From NCBI RefSeq assembly GCF_009914755.1, contig NC_060928.1: DNA of 64,000 bases; one strand, given 5' to 3'. Of this stretch, positions 34,031-51,984 are shown one piece after another; the stretch's first letter is position 1; every line of letters begins with the position of its first letter. Under the pieces are notes generated by a model. That model saw nothing but the letters and a program-made list of their open reading frames with translations, was not told the origin of the DNA and ran no database searches. The position numbers and the translations under genes are program-made. This stretch comes from the human T2T-CHM13v2.0 reference genome, Homo sapiens.

Positions 34031-35529
34031 GTTGCTGGATGGGTGCATAGGAATGACAGGGTATATCCTGCCCAGCTGTAGTTCATCAGTAGAAGGGGTT
34101 TGGACCACACGCAGGCATTTTCTTGGCAAAGAGGAAGGGGAAAAGTAAGATGTGAGACCGTCTACAGGACACACTTGCCCTTGGTGACTTTATCCTATTC
34201 CCTTTACCTAGTAATTGAGTTTTATTACTATGTAACTTTTAAAAATTGGTTTATTCAAAATCAAGACATGGTTATCATTCTACTTAAACTGGTTGTTGGT
34301 AATAGAACCTACTTATCCCACACAGACTGACATAGTGCCTAATTGAGAGACACACAGAAAATGTTGGCCAAATAAGTAATTAAATCACGAATAAGTGGGC
34401 ATCAGATTAGGTTTCCTCCAGCGTAAGCACTGGGACTCATTCATTCAATCTTCAGCAAGTATGTACAGATAAGGCCGTGAAAGTTGTGAAGTTGTGGCTG
34501 CATAGAAAAATACTTAATGCCCCCCTGTGTTTGGGGATCACCCAGTATTTCTTTTAAGAAGTATAAAAATTATTAATGTCAACTTTTCCATGTTCCTGCT
34601 CTCACCAACATAGAATGTTCCATCTGCAGAACAAATCCAAGTCAGAGGTTGAAATCCTGAAGTCCAAAGATCATTAGTCTGTCTGAACCTTTTCACTGCT
34701 TTAGAACCTTAAAAATTCATTATGAGAGCAGAGAGATTTGCTCTTTTTGCTACTGTACTCCATTTTCTCTGTAGTAAAAATGGAAACTTTATTGGAAAAC
34801 ATAATACATCAATTGTAATGATCATCATAGTTTGAGATGGTGGGTTTTTTTAAAATGTTACTTTCCTTAATAATCACTATGTATAAAAACTGCAAATATA
34901 TATATTCCAGAGTTCCTTTAAATCAGCAGAGATGCACCTGCATATTTTGGTCTCATATATGAAAAAGGGCAATTAGCTTCTAAATTAACACATCCGTGTA
35001 TTAATAACTGACATTTAGTAGTAGCCCAAAGGTCATATTGAAAGACTGTTCATGCATGAAGCTGCAGAACTTATTCTAATCATGCTGTACCTAATTGATT
35101 CACAGATGATCTAACTGGACAAATTGTTAAATAAAAGGGTGGCCTAGAATTCATTTTGTTTTGCATTTTTTTTGACTGTTTGGGAATACTTCAAGTGTAT
35201 TCCTGTCATCACTTGTCCTTGTTTAGTCCATGAATCTGACATAGCAGAAAGTTCTTCTGGACTCTGCTTGGATATCAAGAGCAAAAAGCTATGGGAAATG
35301 ATGGACTAAGAAATGAAATGGCACAGCAAAAATGTAACCAGGCATAATAACCCAAATGAAATAGCAAGCATATCATGGCATATTGACTTAAGAGATATTT
35401 TATTTATTTGCTGATTATTTCTTTTGTATGAATGCATCAAGCCCCCTGAACCCTAGTTAGTTATACAAATGAGCACCTCATTGTGACCATCCACATGCAG
35501 CCAAGGCAGCTCCACTCCCTGCAGCACTA

Positions 35530-35905
<376 letters not shown>

Positions 35906-36253
35906 TTAGCTACTGTGACACTACACACTCCTGATTTTGTTCCTACTTCTCGGCCAAGGAGATCCACCCCAACAGATGAACTCCTGCCAGTAAGGCTGAG
36001 GGCTGCACAGCCCCTGCGTGTGTGGGCGTATGGGCTGGATAAGGACTGTGCCAAGTGCCGTTTACAATGCCGTGTCGCTTTGCCATTTATTTTGTGATGC
36101 AGTGAATACATTTATCTCCATAATAATTGGCAAAAGGTACCCAAGTGTATCAGCCACGTCCTGGTGGTACACAGACAGCACTCACCAAAAGGAGAAGCTG
36201 AAGACAGTTGAATGAACAGGTAGGCAGGGACATCAAGAAGATGAAGGGGCTTT

Positions 36254-36421
36254 AGTGAGTTCTGTGGACCAACAGCAGCATCACCTGGGAAATTGATAGA
36301 AATGCCAATTCTCAGTCCCTACTCCAGACCTACTGAGCCTGAGACTCTGGGGATAGAATGCAGTAATCTGTGCATCAACAAGCTCTCCAGGTGATTCTGA
36401 TTGCAAGTTAGAGAACCACTG
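36254..36421. mobile_element. MER5A
   Basis: GCAGCATCACCTGGGAAATTGATAGAAATGC...CCAGACCTACTGA...CCAGGTGATTCTGA...GAGAACCACTG. Confidence 0.88.
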
Positions 36422-36723
36422 TAATAATGGATCATGGCACATCCTAACAAAAGAAGCAACTGGAAAGTGCAAAGGTAAAACAAAATTGGTCAAAGAAATT
36501 TAGTTTCTTCCAGGTTTGACTCACAATTGCCCATCACTGCTTTCATGATGTAGGGATTGTTATAGTGCTTTCCTGCAGGCATCTATTTACTTACAAGCCA
36601 TCCTTTTCCTTATACCTCCTCTGCCACGTCTCTGAAGCTGTCTCAAATGATGTAAAATTTCCAACACAACACCCTTTATCATACTTATGCATGATTACCA
36701 GCAGGCCCAGCATTTTCCCTTGC

Positions 36724-36980
36724 TGCACTGGGTATTTTTGTTTGCCCCTCCAGACGAGTTCCCTATCAATCTCCACTCAGCTCTGTGCACCTAAGTCACC
36801 CAGACTCTGTGGTCATCTCATTCTTGATTGGGTTTGGCTGATGGGAACTATAGGAGGTGATGCCAGCGTTGCAGCAGCAGGAGAGCTCTGGCTTCCCCTC
36901 TACCAGGCCACCAGGTTGACAGTCCTCTACCAAAAGCCTGAACTTTGGTTGGGCAACCCTTTCCTCCAATTCTATGTCTT
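36724..36980 (+). mobile_element. LTR33-like fragment
   Basis: GGGTATTTTTGTTTGCCCCTCCAGA...GGGTTTGGCTGATGGGA, similar to the copy at 15041. Confidence 0.55.
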
Positions 36981-37310
36981 GCTAAATTTCTTTGACTAGT
37001 TTTTGGCCACACATGTCAAGAATTCCATAGAAACCATAACACTGAGCCCCATGTAGTATCAAGCTACTTCTTTTGAAAGGGTGAACTATTTCTTCAAAAA
37101 AGACTAGTGCATGACAACATAAACTTGAAAAACTGGTAATCACACAAGGGACTATTTTCATTACTAAGAGACTGTTTTATCAAAATATTGAAGCGGGGCT
37201 TCCTTTAGCTCCTCTTTCTTCAATACATATAAAAGATTATCTTTTTTTCTATATTGGTACCAATAACTGCATAAAAATGGCCTGTACATGAAAAGAGTGT
37301 TACTTTTTTT

Positions 37311-39778
<2,468 letters not shown>

Positions 39779-39912
39779 TCAAGGGTCAATAATTACAACA
39801 TTAGTAAGATAAAGAACTCTTTCAGCTGAGCACCGCATAAGAGAATGTGCATGAAATAAGGCCTTCAGTGAGTTTACATTTGTGTAAGTGAATTGCAGAA
39901 ATGTCAAGGGTG

Positions 39913-40296
<384 letters not shown>

Positions 40297-40851
40297 CTAT
40301 AAAAGAGACATTTCCTACATTTCCAAGCAACTAGCCAGTGTTCCTTACCTGGAAGATAGAGCCCGTAATAGTTTCTGATTATGAACAGAAGGGGGAATAT
40401 TCTCAAGATGCACCAGGTCATGAGGAGGGAGGCGGACAGGGAGGGAAACTGTGATTGTCCACAGTTCAGGGCAGCAGGAGATACTCAGTGGGCCCACATT
40501 GCCAGGTCTCTAAACAGAATTGCCTGCAAAAAGGTGGAATCTCTTATCTTAAAAAAAAAAAAATACTATAAGGGCATTTCACATGAGCCTCCTAAAGATG
40601 AAAGATAATCAAATTCATACCCCATGCTTCTGCAATCTTGTCTTTCTCTGCTTTCTCGCCCACTTGTAGTTCCAAACTGTCCTATTCACACCTTCTGGTT
40701 GCCTCACCAAATTCAGGGGACCAAGACACAAAGTGGCTTCTTTGTGACCCCTGCCTCCAATCTGTAATGTGTAGGCTGATCTATTTCATCTGGCTTATTG
40801 CTTTTTTTTGTTTCGTTTTTCTGTTTTTTCTCTTTTATGCTTATTACCCAG

Positions 40852-40867
40852 ATTCTCACCCATAAAG
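40852..40867 (+). other. Candidate 16-nt microexon (host gene unknown)
   Basis: About 45-nt polypyrimidine tract, AG-free zone 40774-40849, TGC shortly upstream of the acceptor CAG, exon ATTCTCACCCATAAAG, consensus donor AAG|GTGAGT. Confidence 0.45.
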
Positions 40868-41699
40868 GTGAGTTCAGGAACTGACTCCACCAGAAAGACT
40901 CCTTGTAGTCCAATCTCTGTCTACCTCCTCTCTGATTTTAAAAGCCCTGGAATGTAGCTAAAGAAAGATAAATTTCTACTTAGAGGGCCACCGAGAGGAA
41001 AGCTTGAACAGCCAAATAAAAATGTTCCTTTGTAGAAAGGCTGGGAGAGGAGGAGAGGCTGGTAAGACTCAAAAGGTTTGATGGAGGTTGCCCCAGACCA
41101 TGTACATGATGAAATAAACAGGCATTTGAGTAATTAATATTCTAAGCACCTTCCTAAATGAGGACAATTTTGTAGAATAAAGTGTTTTCCAAAAATTGGT
41201 GAATGATGTGGATTGCAAAGGATTTGCTTAAAATGGAAGATTCCTGGATGATCACATTTTTCTAGGGCGAAAAATGAAATCGATTCCTTGAATCAAAAAT
41301 CTCCAATAGGGAGAGGATGTTAGAAGCTTTTGGAAGACCTCTTTGGGAGATTACAGTTTTAGACCTGATTCTTCTACCTGGATCCTGCCTCTCCTCATCA
41401 CCAGCTATCAGCCCGTTTCCCAGGATTCTGGTGGTTAGAGGCGAAGAACATCAGCATGGTGCCCCTCTGTGGCCACCGCTGAGAGCCTGGGCAGGGGTCC
41501 TGGGAACTCAGGAGGAGGAATCTGGGGCTGGGACTCCATGAGAGCTCCAGTTCCCACTGTCACAGGCATTTGCCATGGAGGGACATTTGGTCCCCGGTCA
41601 TCTCACCCTTTTAACAGGACAACAGTCAAATTTCTCATTTATTCTCAAAATTATTACAGAACTTGGGTTACCCTTTACTATTGTTGAAGGTGAAATGCT

Positions 41700-41970
41700 T
41701 AAAAATATGAGAGGGGGAGTGATGGAACCTCTCAAAAAAACCACACTGCAATAAATCATCAGCTAGGTGGAACTCGTCCAAGTGATATGAAGGAACTACA
41801 GAATGAAGTAGCTGGGCTACTGACAAAAATATGTAATTTATCATTTAAAGCAGCCGCTGAACTGGAAGACTGGAAGACTGCCAAGGTGATACCCATCTTT
41901 TTAATAGGACCAAAGGTGATCTCAGAAATTATACATCTGTGAGTTTCACATTGATGCTAAGAAAAATGTC
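41700..41970 (+). mobile_element. CR1/L3-clade LINE fossil, N-terminal part of RT
   Basis: Hand translation from 41787 gives MKELQNEVAGLLTKICNLSFKAAAELEDWKTAKVIPIF, then after a frameshift KGDLRNYTSVSFT. This resembles the CR1 motif LKEL..EIA..L..I.N.S......PEDW..ANV.PIFKKG...DPGNYRPVSLTS. Confidence 0.8.
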
Positions 41971-44900
41971 TTTACAATTAAAGTGATCTCCCATCTAGCC
42001 TTGCACATCGTTTTTTGTCTTTTAAAAAAACCCACCTAAATTTTCATTAGGTCTAGAAAGTTGGCCTGGGTGCTGCCCACATGATCTTTCACAGGATCAG
42101 CTTCCATGCACATACCCAACAGAGGTCCAGATCCTCACAGGTGCAGGCAAACTATGGACACGCACATTTGTGCATTAAACCCTCCAACATGCGCAAAGCC
42201 CTGAACACAGTGTACCCCAGTGCAACACAAAGATAAAATTTGGGGTGCTAGGTATTGCTGTTGTTTTGTTGTGTGGTGGTTATGAATCACACACACAAAC
42301 ATTAAAAGATACACGAGCAATTATGTGAGCCTGCTCACATCTACCTTCCTTTTATTTTCCTTAGTTCTTATTTTTGCCATTATTAGGACTTCCTTCTTTT
42401 ACCCTATATGAAGGACACAGAAATTTTATCTCAAGAACAAAAGACAGGATTATTGGGTCACAGGATCTAGGAATCTAGAGAAATTGCTGCCCCACAGAGT
42501 GTGGTGATCTGAAGGGAAAAAAGTCAAAACAAGAGGAAGGTGTTTTGACAGAGTTATGTGGAAAGAGGGAAATGGAAGCAGCCAAAATGATTTCTAGGAT
42601 CATGGGGCAAGGAGCATTCTTCTGCAGCTTACTGTGAGTTTTACTCAGCCCAAACCTAACAAGGGGAGAGAATTCATATTTCTTGAGCATCAACTCTTGT
42701 CCCATTCATTCTTCTAAAGACTCAAGGCAGAAGGCATTATCTATAATTTAAAGATGCTATTTAAATTGAGGCTCCCAAATGCAGCGGCCAGTGCAGGACC
42801 ACAACAAGCGACAGTTGGGGTTAGGACCGAGGCGCGTCTGACTCTGGGACCCCTGCCTTTTCTATTATTTCACCCTGCCTCCCCTGGGTACAATATAAGC
42901 AGAATCACAGTTTTTATAATGCTTTATGAATTTTCTGAGAGCTATAGCATCAGTGACAAAAAAAGATCTAATTTATTTAAACATTGAGAAGACTTAGGAT
43001 ACATTTTCAGTAGAATTGGTTAAGGAAACTGAGTCACACAGGCAAATCAGAAATTCTATTGTGGATTAAATGGACAGGGGAAATAACTCATTATTTTAAA
43101 ATGACGCATTTTCGTCAGGAAAGATCATGAGTAAAGCGCCCCAAGAATGTCTAAGCAGAGTGTAGATGCTGCCTGTAATGATGACTAAGAAGACATACGG
43201 AATATTAAGTAACAATATTTGCTGATCACACATTTTTAGGATAAGTTCAGAAGAGAAAATATGATAAAAGTTTCCAAAGAACATGATGACAACCTAAGAC
43301 CAAGCAACAACTTCACAGATAAATTTTTACGTAGATGAGTGCAAAACAACATAGACGTTGGATATATGTGTGTGAACATACACGTTGATTTTGTTTGATG
43401 GAACATTTAACAGTGCTGTCTCCATGATGAATTCCAAATTATCTATAAAGCTCCCAAAACAAAGATAGAGGCATCAGTTTTGAGAATTGGGTAAAAATAT
43501 CTATTTCATGGCAGCAGCTCTAGGAGAGGAAAATGTGTATCTGCAATATGTAGAGTAATATTAGACCATATTAATTAAGAAGAGTAGCAAAAGGGTGCAA
43601 TATGTGTGATATTCTCATGTACGGTTTTCTGAATCTGTTGTATGCTTACACTTTGATCCTATGTTTGCTTTTGTCGCTCATTTCACAAACGAAACAGCCG
43701 CAAGATAAAACAACAAATAAAACAGTCCAGAAATGTGTCATGAAATTTGCAAGAGCTGTGAAGGGGGAGTCACTCCTCCAAGAAGAGAAATAGGAGTGAT
43801 GAATATAGAAACGGGGGCAAGGGAAAGGACACGTCGTGGGATGTGCTGTGGGAAATAAGGAATAGTGTTAAGAAAACAAGCTGATACCCTATTTTCTTTT
43901 CTTGGTAGCGAAGAAACACGAAGGCGCTCAGGGAAACCGAACGGCAGCGAGTCTGAAGAGAGAGAGGGAAATAGGCTCTGAACACAGTGTCTGTAATTCC
44001 ATCGAGGTGTTTGGTTTCAGCTTGAGTCAAACCTTTGGGGGAGGTTTGAGAACAGGATTCCACACTGCTGTGAGTTCTAGCAGTTTATTGTCAAGGATAA
44101 AATTAACAGGGACGCTCAACTCGACTGCTTCAGGGCACACGCTGCTGATTACCAGCTGGGGATGGGGAGAAATTTCCCCCTGTAGTCCCGTGTTGCACAT
44201 TTAGGTGTATGATGGGGGACTTGCGTCTTCTGGAGCATGCAGCACTGGCCATATTGGAGACAGGGTAGCAGACTCCCTGCTCCATTGGTCTGTTCTGGTA
44301 TGGTAATTATTATGTCCGCACGCTGCTCATTTAGGTTTTACAAGTTTCTAATTCACAAGAGTGCTGCTAAACGCTAGAACATGGAGATACGGCTCTAATC
44401 CCTCTACTGCTGCAAAGTTCGCACAAATTGTAAAGAAAAGTCGGGTTTCCTAAAAAGGGTTTCCCCTTTGCCTCCTCTGAGCCACTAAACTGACTCATAT
44501 GAAGCACGCTAGATGTCCTCAGCTGCCATTTTCTTTAATAAAGTTCAAATACCAAAAAAAGTGGTATTTAGCTATCTTCCAAAACAACAACAACAAGCAA
44601 CAAAACAGAATTAGCTTTTGTGCTATGAAAACTCTCATGGCAGTTTCTCGAGTGAGCAAGAAACTGGGTTTGCATTTTGCATTTGGGGAGCTCTCTTTCC
44701 AATTTACAAAAGAATTCTGATTTACCAGGGATAGAGGTAAGGAAACTTAATATTATTTTCTTAGTTCTCTCTCTCTCTGACTAGGGAGCATTCAGTTGTT
44801 AAGGTATATCCTGTACTAGCCACCCAAGAGAATTAATTCTAAACCTGTGTCCTTCTAATGATTAATAATTGCAGTATGTGGTGCCCATCCCAAATAACCT

Positions 44901-47436
44901 CTGGGTGTGTTACCAGCAAAGATGCCTGAGCCAAGACCACCCATCAGATGGAAATCTAGATCCTGCAACATTCCAGGCCTTGGAGTTTTGTGCATGAACA
45001 TGGACAAGCTGAGAGGCCGTAATCAAGGACAATGCGGTGATTATAAACAACTGAGAAACTCTACTGCCATTCCTTAAAATATGTCCTCCTTCATTTGTCA
45101 GCCTTTCTCGCAGAGCTGGTGCAGGTGCACTTCAAAAAATATTGTTATTATTATTATCATTATCATTCGGGGCAGTATTCTTGTGGTTACTGTGGGCAAG
45201 GCAAGGCCTCTGCATTTAAGTATCATTTTTACCTGCCCCCACCTCCATTTCTAGCAGAGAAGGAATTTTCCAATCTTTGAAAATGCATCAGGCTGAGTAT
45301 CTGAATAAATGGTTAACTGCTGCATGAAAATAGTTTTCATTGGCTCCCTATTGCCAGAGCGGAGCCTCTTTTCCGTCAGTGATTGAGGCTGGTGATTACA
45401 ATGAGTAATGTGAGGCCTACAGCCATTCTCTCTCACCCGTCCATCAATACCGGTATGAGGCATATAAATGGGATCAGGTGGGAAAAAGCAATAAGTCATA
45501 TTTGATGAAGGCTTCTTTCTTTTTTCTCTGAGTTGTCTTCTAAATGACTATTTCTGTATCGGCCTAGACTGGCAGTATTACATGCCATTAGGCCTTATGT
45601 GTTGACAAATTTGTATCGATATTTGTAGTTCTTGGTTTCTTGGCTAAAAGAAGCTAGAAAAAATCCTTCAGGAACTGCTAATGAAGAGTGTGGGACAGTT
45701 GGGTGTCATTATGGGAACCCAAATGGAAGGGATGTGTTCGTGTGTTTTGACTTATAAAAGGAAGGGAAAGACCTAAGAGAATCCGTGATTTGTTTGTTTT
45801 AAACTAGCACAAGTTTAGTTGATCGTGAAAAATGTATTTCGGTACCACTTGGAAAATTTCATTCATTTTCCATCACCTGGGGATAAATAATGTTTGACAG
45901 TGCAGAAACGGGGTGATATTTTATAACAATATTGTCTACAGTCTCTGTGAAGTAGAGCTGTCGTGGTACAGAGATAATGTGTCATTCCAGTCAACTTGGA
46001 TCAGGAGTGGATTGTGGGTCCTTAAAAAGTTGTACCCGGAAGGAAGCGGTAGCTGAAATTGATGGAGTTCTGGTAGGAGTGATTATCACTGGCTGAGGAA
46101 TTTTGACAGCAGAGACAAACTTTGTTTTGAGGAAGTCACTCATTAGACAAGTCAGGTATGGTTTTTCAGAGCATATGTGCTTCTGATTATAAGAATCTGA
46201 GAAGGTTTGATAGTAGGAAAGGAACACCTGTCACTTAAAGATTATGCATAATAGCCTCAAACTGGCGTATCACTCTGGCTGTTCTTAAATTCCCAGGATA
46301 CTGCATTTTCTGAAACGGATTTACTAACAGTTACACCCAAGACCTACATGAGTCAGCAAACTTGCCTTTGTAATCCTACTCACTAGAATTTCTTAGACTT
46401 CTGTTTCAGATTGGGGTGTTCAGAACACAAATTAAAGGACAGAGCATAAACAAAGCATGTAGAAAGCCAGTATACAGACACATACCATGTGCATTGTCAA
46501 TTAATACACTTGTCTGCTACATGGGGGTCATGTAGGGCTTGTTAGACCTTTTCCACTTGCCTAGAAGCTTGTACTTAGGAACACTCTTCACCCTCAACCT
46601 TATCATTTGGAGACGGGGTGTTCATCATCCGCTTCTCTTTCTTCCTATCTTAGTTGTCATGGCTACAATCACTTTGTTTCCTTGTCACCTGTAATTCTGC
46701 AGATCCCTATTAGGAGTACTTAGATAATTCTGGCTTAACATGCACAGGAAAATATGCAGTGACTCAAAGAAGCTTGCAAACCCCAGATGTCATTTCATAC
46801 AATTAATTGAATAACAGGAATCTAGAACTTTCTAGAAGAGCTACAGCAGTAGAATGAGGTGTAAGAGACATTTTAGAAAAAAATACCAGCACATTTAATG
46901 CTGTTCAAGAGCAAATGCCTCATTCCTATTTTTAAAACAAAATGTTACAGAGTATTTGGAAAGTGAAAGAACAGTTGTTTTCTTTATCTTCCCTTTGAGT
47001 CCTGTTCGAATTAAAATGTATGTTTTACAAGCATTCAAAAAGGTAATGGATTGTTTCACAAGTAAATTCCTAAGTGTTCAGCTATTTCAGCTCTTCTTTG
47101 CCATTTGGGGCTTCTTACTTGTTAGGTGATTTCTCCGGCCTTCTATCAAGCATGATGTGTGTCTTCCTGTCCATAATGCCAGAAAGGTTACTGAAATTTT
47201 GGGAATAAAAAGCATCAAAGTGAAAGAAAAATTTAACCTATGGTTGATGAGTACAGCATAAACTTTACAACGTCTATTGATGGTACTAATTTAACAATTA
47301 CAAAAGCTGCATGGATATGAAAATGGAAATGGAAATTAATATAAATTAAGTTTTCCAAAACCAGCCTAAATAGGCATGTCATTTTAAACTATAATCCCAT
47401 GTAATAAAAAGCAGCAGTGTATAATTCCAACCTGAT

Positions 47437-47719
<283 letters not shown>

Positions 47720-48959
47720 AATTCCAACCTGATATCAACATTTTTGTAACCTATACTAGGCATAGAGAACTCTATCAGTAGGTGTGAGTAGACAGAAAAA
47801 ACAAGATGCGTTACATCTAACACCAAGGAACGCTGAACTTCTTGAATTTTAAAACTAATGGGATTATGCTGGTGTTGTGTCTAATGTGATATTTGGGCCT
47901 GTTCTTCAATACCATATTACAGAATAATTCCAATACCTATTTCAGATAAAACATCCGTTCAAATAAGACTGATCTGACTGTATTGATTGCACTTCAATGG
48001 ACAAAAATTGACTCTTGTACAAATGAACCCAGGACACATTAAGGTTTTCACACCAAATATTTTTGTAGTTACTATACTATAAAGATATTAGCTTTCAATT
48101 TGCCTTTTACATGTGCATCTCATACTTGTGCATCACAATAGCTTATAACATCTAATGTAAAATCATTATTTAGCATGCATTTCGTTGTTCTGTCAAATTG
48201 TTTCTCTTCTTTCAATCCCATTTCTTTTCCCTTTTGGCAAATCACAAAGCACTTTGGGGTAAAAAAAAAAAAAAAAAAAAAAATCCACTCAGGCTGTTGT
48301 AGTCTTCCATGGGACATGGTTGAAGGCAGCCCATAATTCATTCTGATATTTCTTCAAAGAAGAGGGTTTCCAAAGTCATCATTATTGGACCAATCGCAAT
48401 GTTGCACTTTGCAGAAGTCAGTAAGGGCACAATAAGATATACAGGCTATTCCAAACATTTTGACTCCTTTCATCTACAAACTCTCTTCCTCCTCGCCTAC
48501 ACTCTCTACGAAAGTCTGTGTGTCTCCTTCTTAATCAAGACAAAGACCAAATAATGCCACTGATGCCATGTTTCTTCACTGTCCCCTCCAAAATGCTCTT
48601 CATCTTACATTTGTATTCTCATTATCAGCATAATGTTTTGCCATATAGGAAGTATGCCATGTTGACTGAAACAGCATTAATCCCACGTTGGACTGCACCT
48701 TTCCAGCATTGTCAGGAATTTCCTCCTCTTTCTCATGCATCCTGACTGTGTCCAGTGATTTCTATGGTTTTGGCTGTTTCCCCTTCATCTAGAAACATCT
48801 AGAAACTTCCAAAACTTAAAGTACAAAAGCAAACAACAATACTTTCTGTTCCGCTAACCTTAAATAATAATAATAGTAATCAATGTTTTCAAAAGTGAAC
48901 TCATTCCTTTCCACCCACAAAACAAACACATGTAATGACTAATTGCTCAGTTTCTAAAG

Positions 48960-49140
48960 TCTGAAGATTTGCATTTACACCGAATCTTCACACACGAACT
49001 GCTGTGACCTTTGCCAAGATCTTTAACCTCTCTAAAATTCTTCTCTTTTGTGAAATTTTTTTAAAAGATCTTACTTCATTGGATTGTTGGAAATAGCAAT
49101 TCTTTCAATACATGAAATGATTTAGCATACAGCACAATAT
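48960..49140 (+). mobile_element. MIR
   Basis: GCTGTGACCTTTGCCAAGATCTTTAACCTCTCT. Confidence 0.6.
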
Positions 49141-49179
49141 GTAATTTTGTCTCAAAAAATCGGCAGCTGACATTATAAC

Positions 49180-49300
49180 ACTTGTTCACTCTGGAGTTAT
49201 TTACCCGGAGCCTACTCCATGCCAGGCACCACTCCAAACACTGGGAATGCAGCGATCGGCAGGGCTGACCAGGACCCTGCTGCATGGCACATTCAGTCTA
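49180..49300 (-). mobile_element. L2 3' end
   Basis: GAGCCTACTCCATGCCAGGCACC...CTGGGAATGCAGCG...CATTCAGTCTAG. Confidence 0.65.
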
Positions 49301-49304
49301 GGCC

Positions 49305-49818
<514 letters not shown>

Positions 49819-50043
49819 TTTTTTTTTTTTTTTTTAAATTATGGGATACAGGTGCAGAACGTGCAGGTTTGTTATATAGGTATACATGTGCCATGGTGGT
49901 TTGCTGCACCTATTCCCCCATAATCTAGGTTTTAAGCCCCACATATATTAGGTAATTGCCCTAATGCTCTCCCTCCCCTTTCCCCCGACCCAGCAACAGA
50001 CCCCGGTGTGTGATGTTCCCTTCCCTGTGTCCATGCGTTCTCA
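49819..50043 (-). mobile_element. L1PA8-like 3' end (about 225 bp)
   Basis: Poly-T, GGGATACAGGTGCAGAACGTGCAGG, and CTAGGTTTTAAGCCCC (an L1PA8-type feature). Confidence 0.9.
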
Positions 50044-50084
50044 CAGTCTAGTGTTTTCATCATTGGTACTGTGGTCTCAATGCC

Positions 50085-51032
<948 letters not shown>

Positions 51033-51034
51033 GA

Positions 51035-51975
51035 TCAAGAAGAGGAAAGAGGTGAATGTAGAAACATAAAGTGAGACCAGGTTTAGAGATAGACAGACAA
51101 CTAGCTGACTGGCCATTTTCAGGCATTTGCAATCAAGCTGTTAAAGACTTTTAAAGAGATGAGAGTAATCGACTGTGTTCATTTTGGGAGGAAGCCCTGG
51201 AACCCAGGAAGGCCAATCATGGGACGAGCTATTGCAAATCAACTTCTGGAATCATCCAAATAAGAGAAGGAAGCTGCCAGTGAGAATCAAAAGTCAAGAT
51301 AATTTAGGAGTCGTTTCAGAGGGACCTTAAAAATAACATGGTGTCCAAGGAGCGTGAGAAGAGTGGAAAAGGAAGTTAGTAAGGAGTGAGGATGCTCAAT
51401 TTTCTTCTGGGCTCACTAGAGAGATGATAGTGCCATTAATGAAGACATGAATTGCAGGAGAGAAAAGAGTCGGAGGCTAAGGAGAGAAGATCATTAGCAG
51501 GGTTTTGGTCATGCTGCATTTGAATTGACTCTGACACAACAAAGCTGTACTGAGGATCTATTATGCACCAGACATCATGCAAGGCAATGGGGGAAACAAC
51601 TGTGAGCAAGAGAGAGCATGCCTGTTCACATAGCCTACCACCCACCTCTGGGGATCATTGATTACATAATTAAAATACTCTTGGGTCAGTGCTATGGCCA
51701 CCTGCCATGTGGTTTGAGCATGTATGGCAGAGGCCCCTTTCATAGTTTGGAATGGAGGGTGACAGTCCCTGAGGACTTCCCAGGGGCGGTGTTATCCCAT
51801 TAAGACCTGAAGGGTATAATGGAGTTTCAGGTAAAGGGAGAAGAACAAAAGCGAAAATGCACACCAAAAAGAAGAAACAAAATATGCAAAGTCCAGAAGC
51901 GATAAAGTACATGGTGTTTTGAGGAGCTGAAAGTAAGCTTATCAGAGCTGAGGTGAAGGAATAAGATAGCAACTA
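51035..51975 (-). mobile_element. L2 fragments
   Basis: GATGATAGTGCCATTAATGAAG...GGTTTTGGTCATGCTGCATTTGA and TATTATGCACCAGACATCATGCAAGGCAATGGGG. Confidence 0.55.
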
Positions 51976-51984
51976 TTAGGGACA

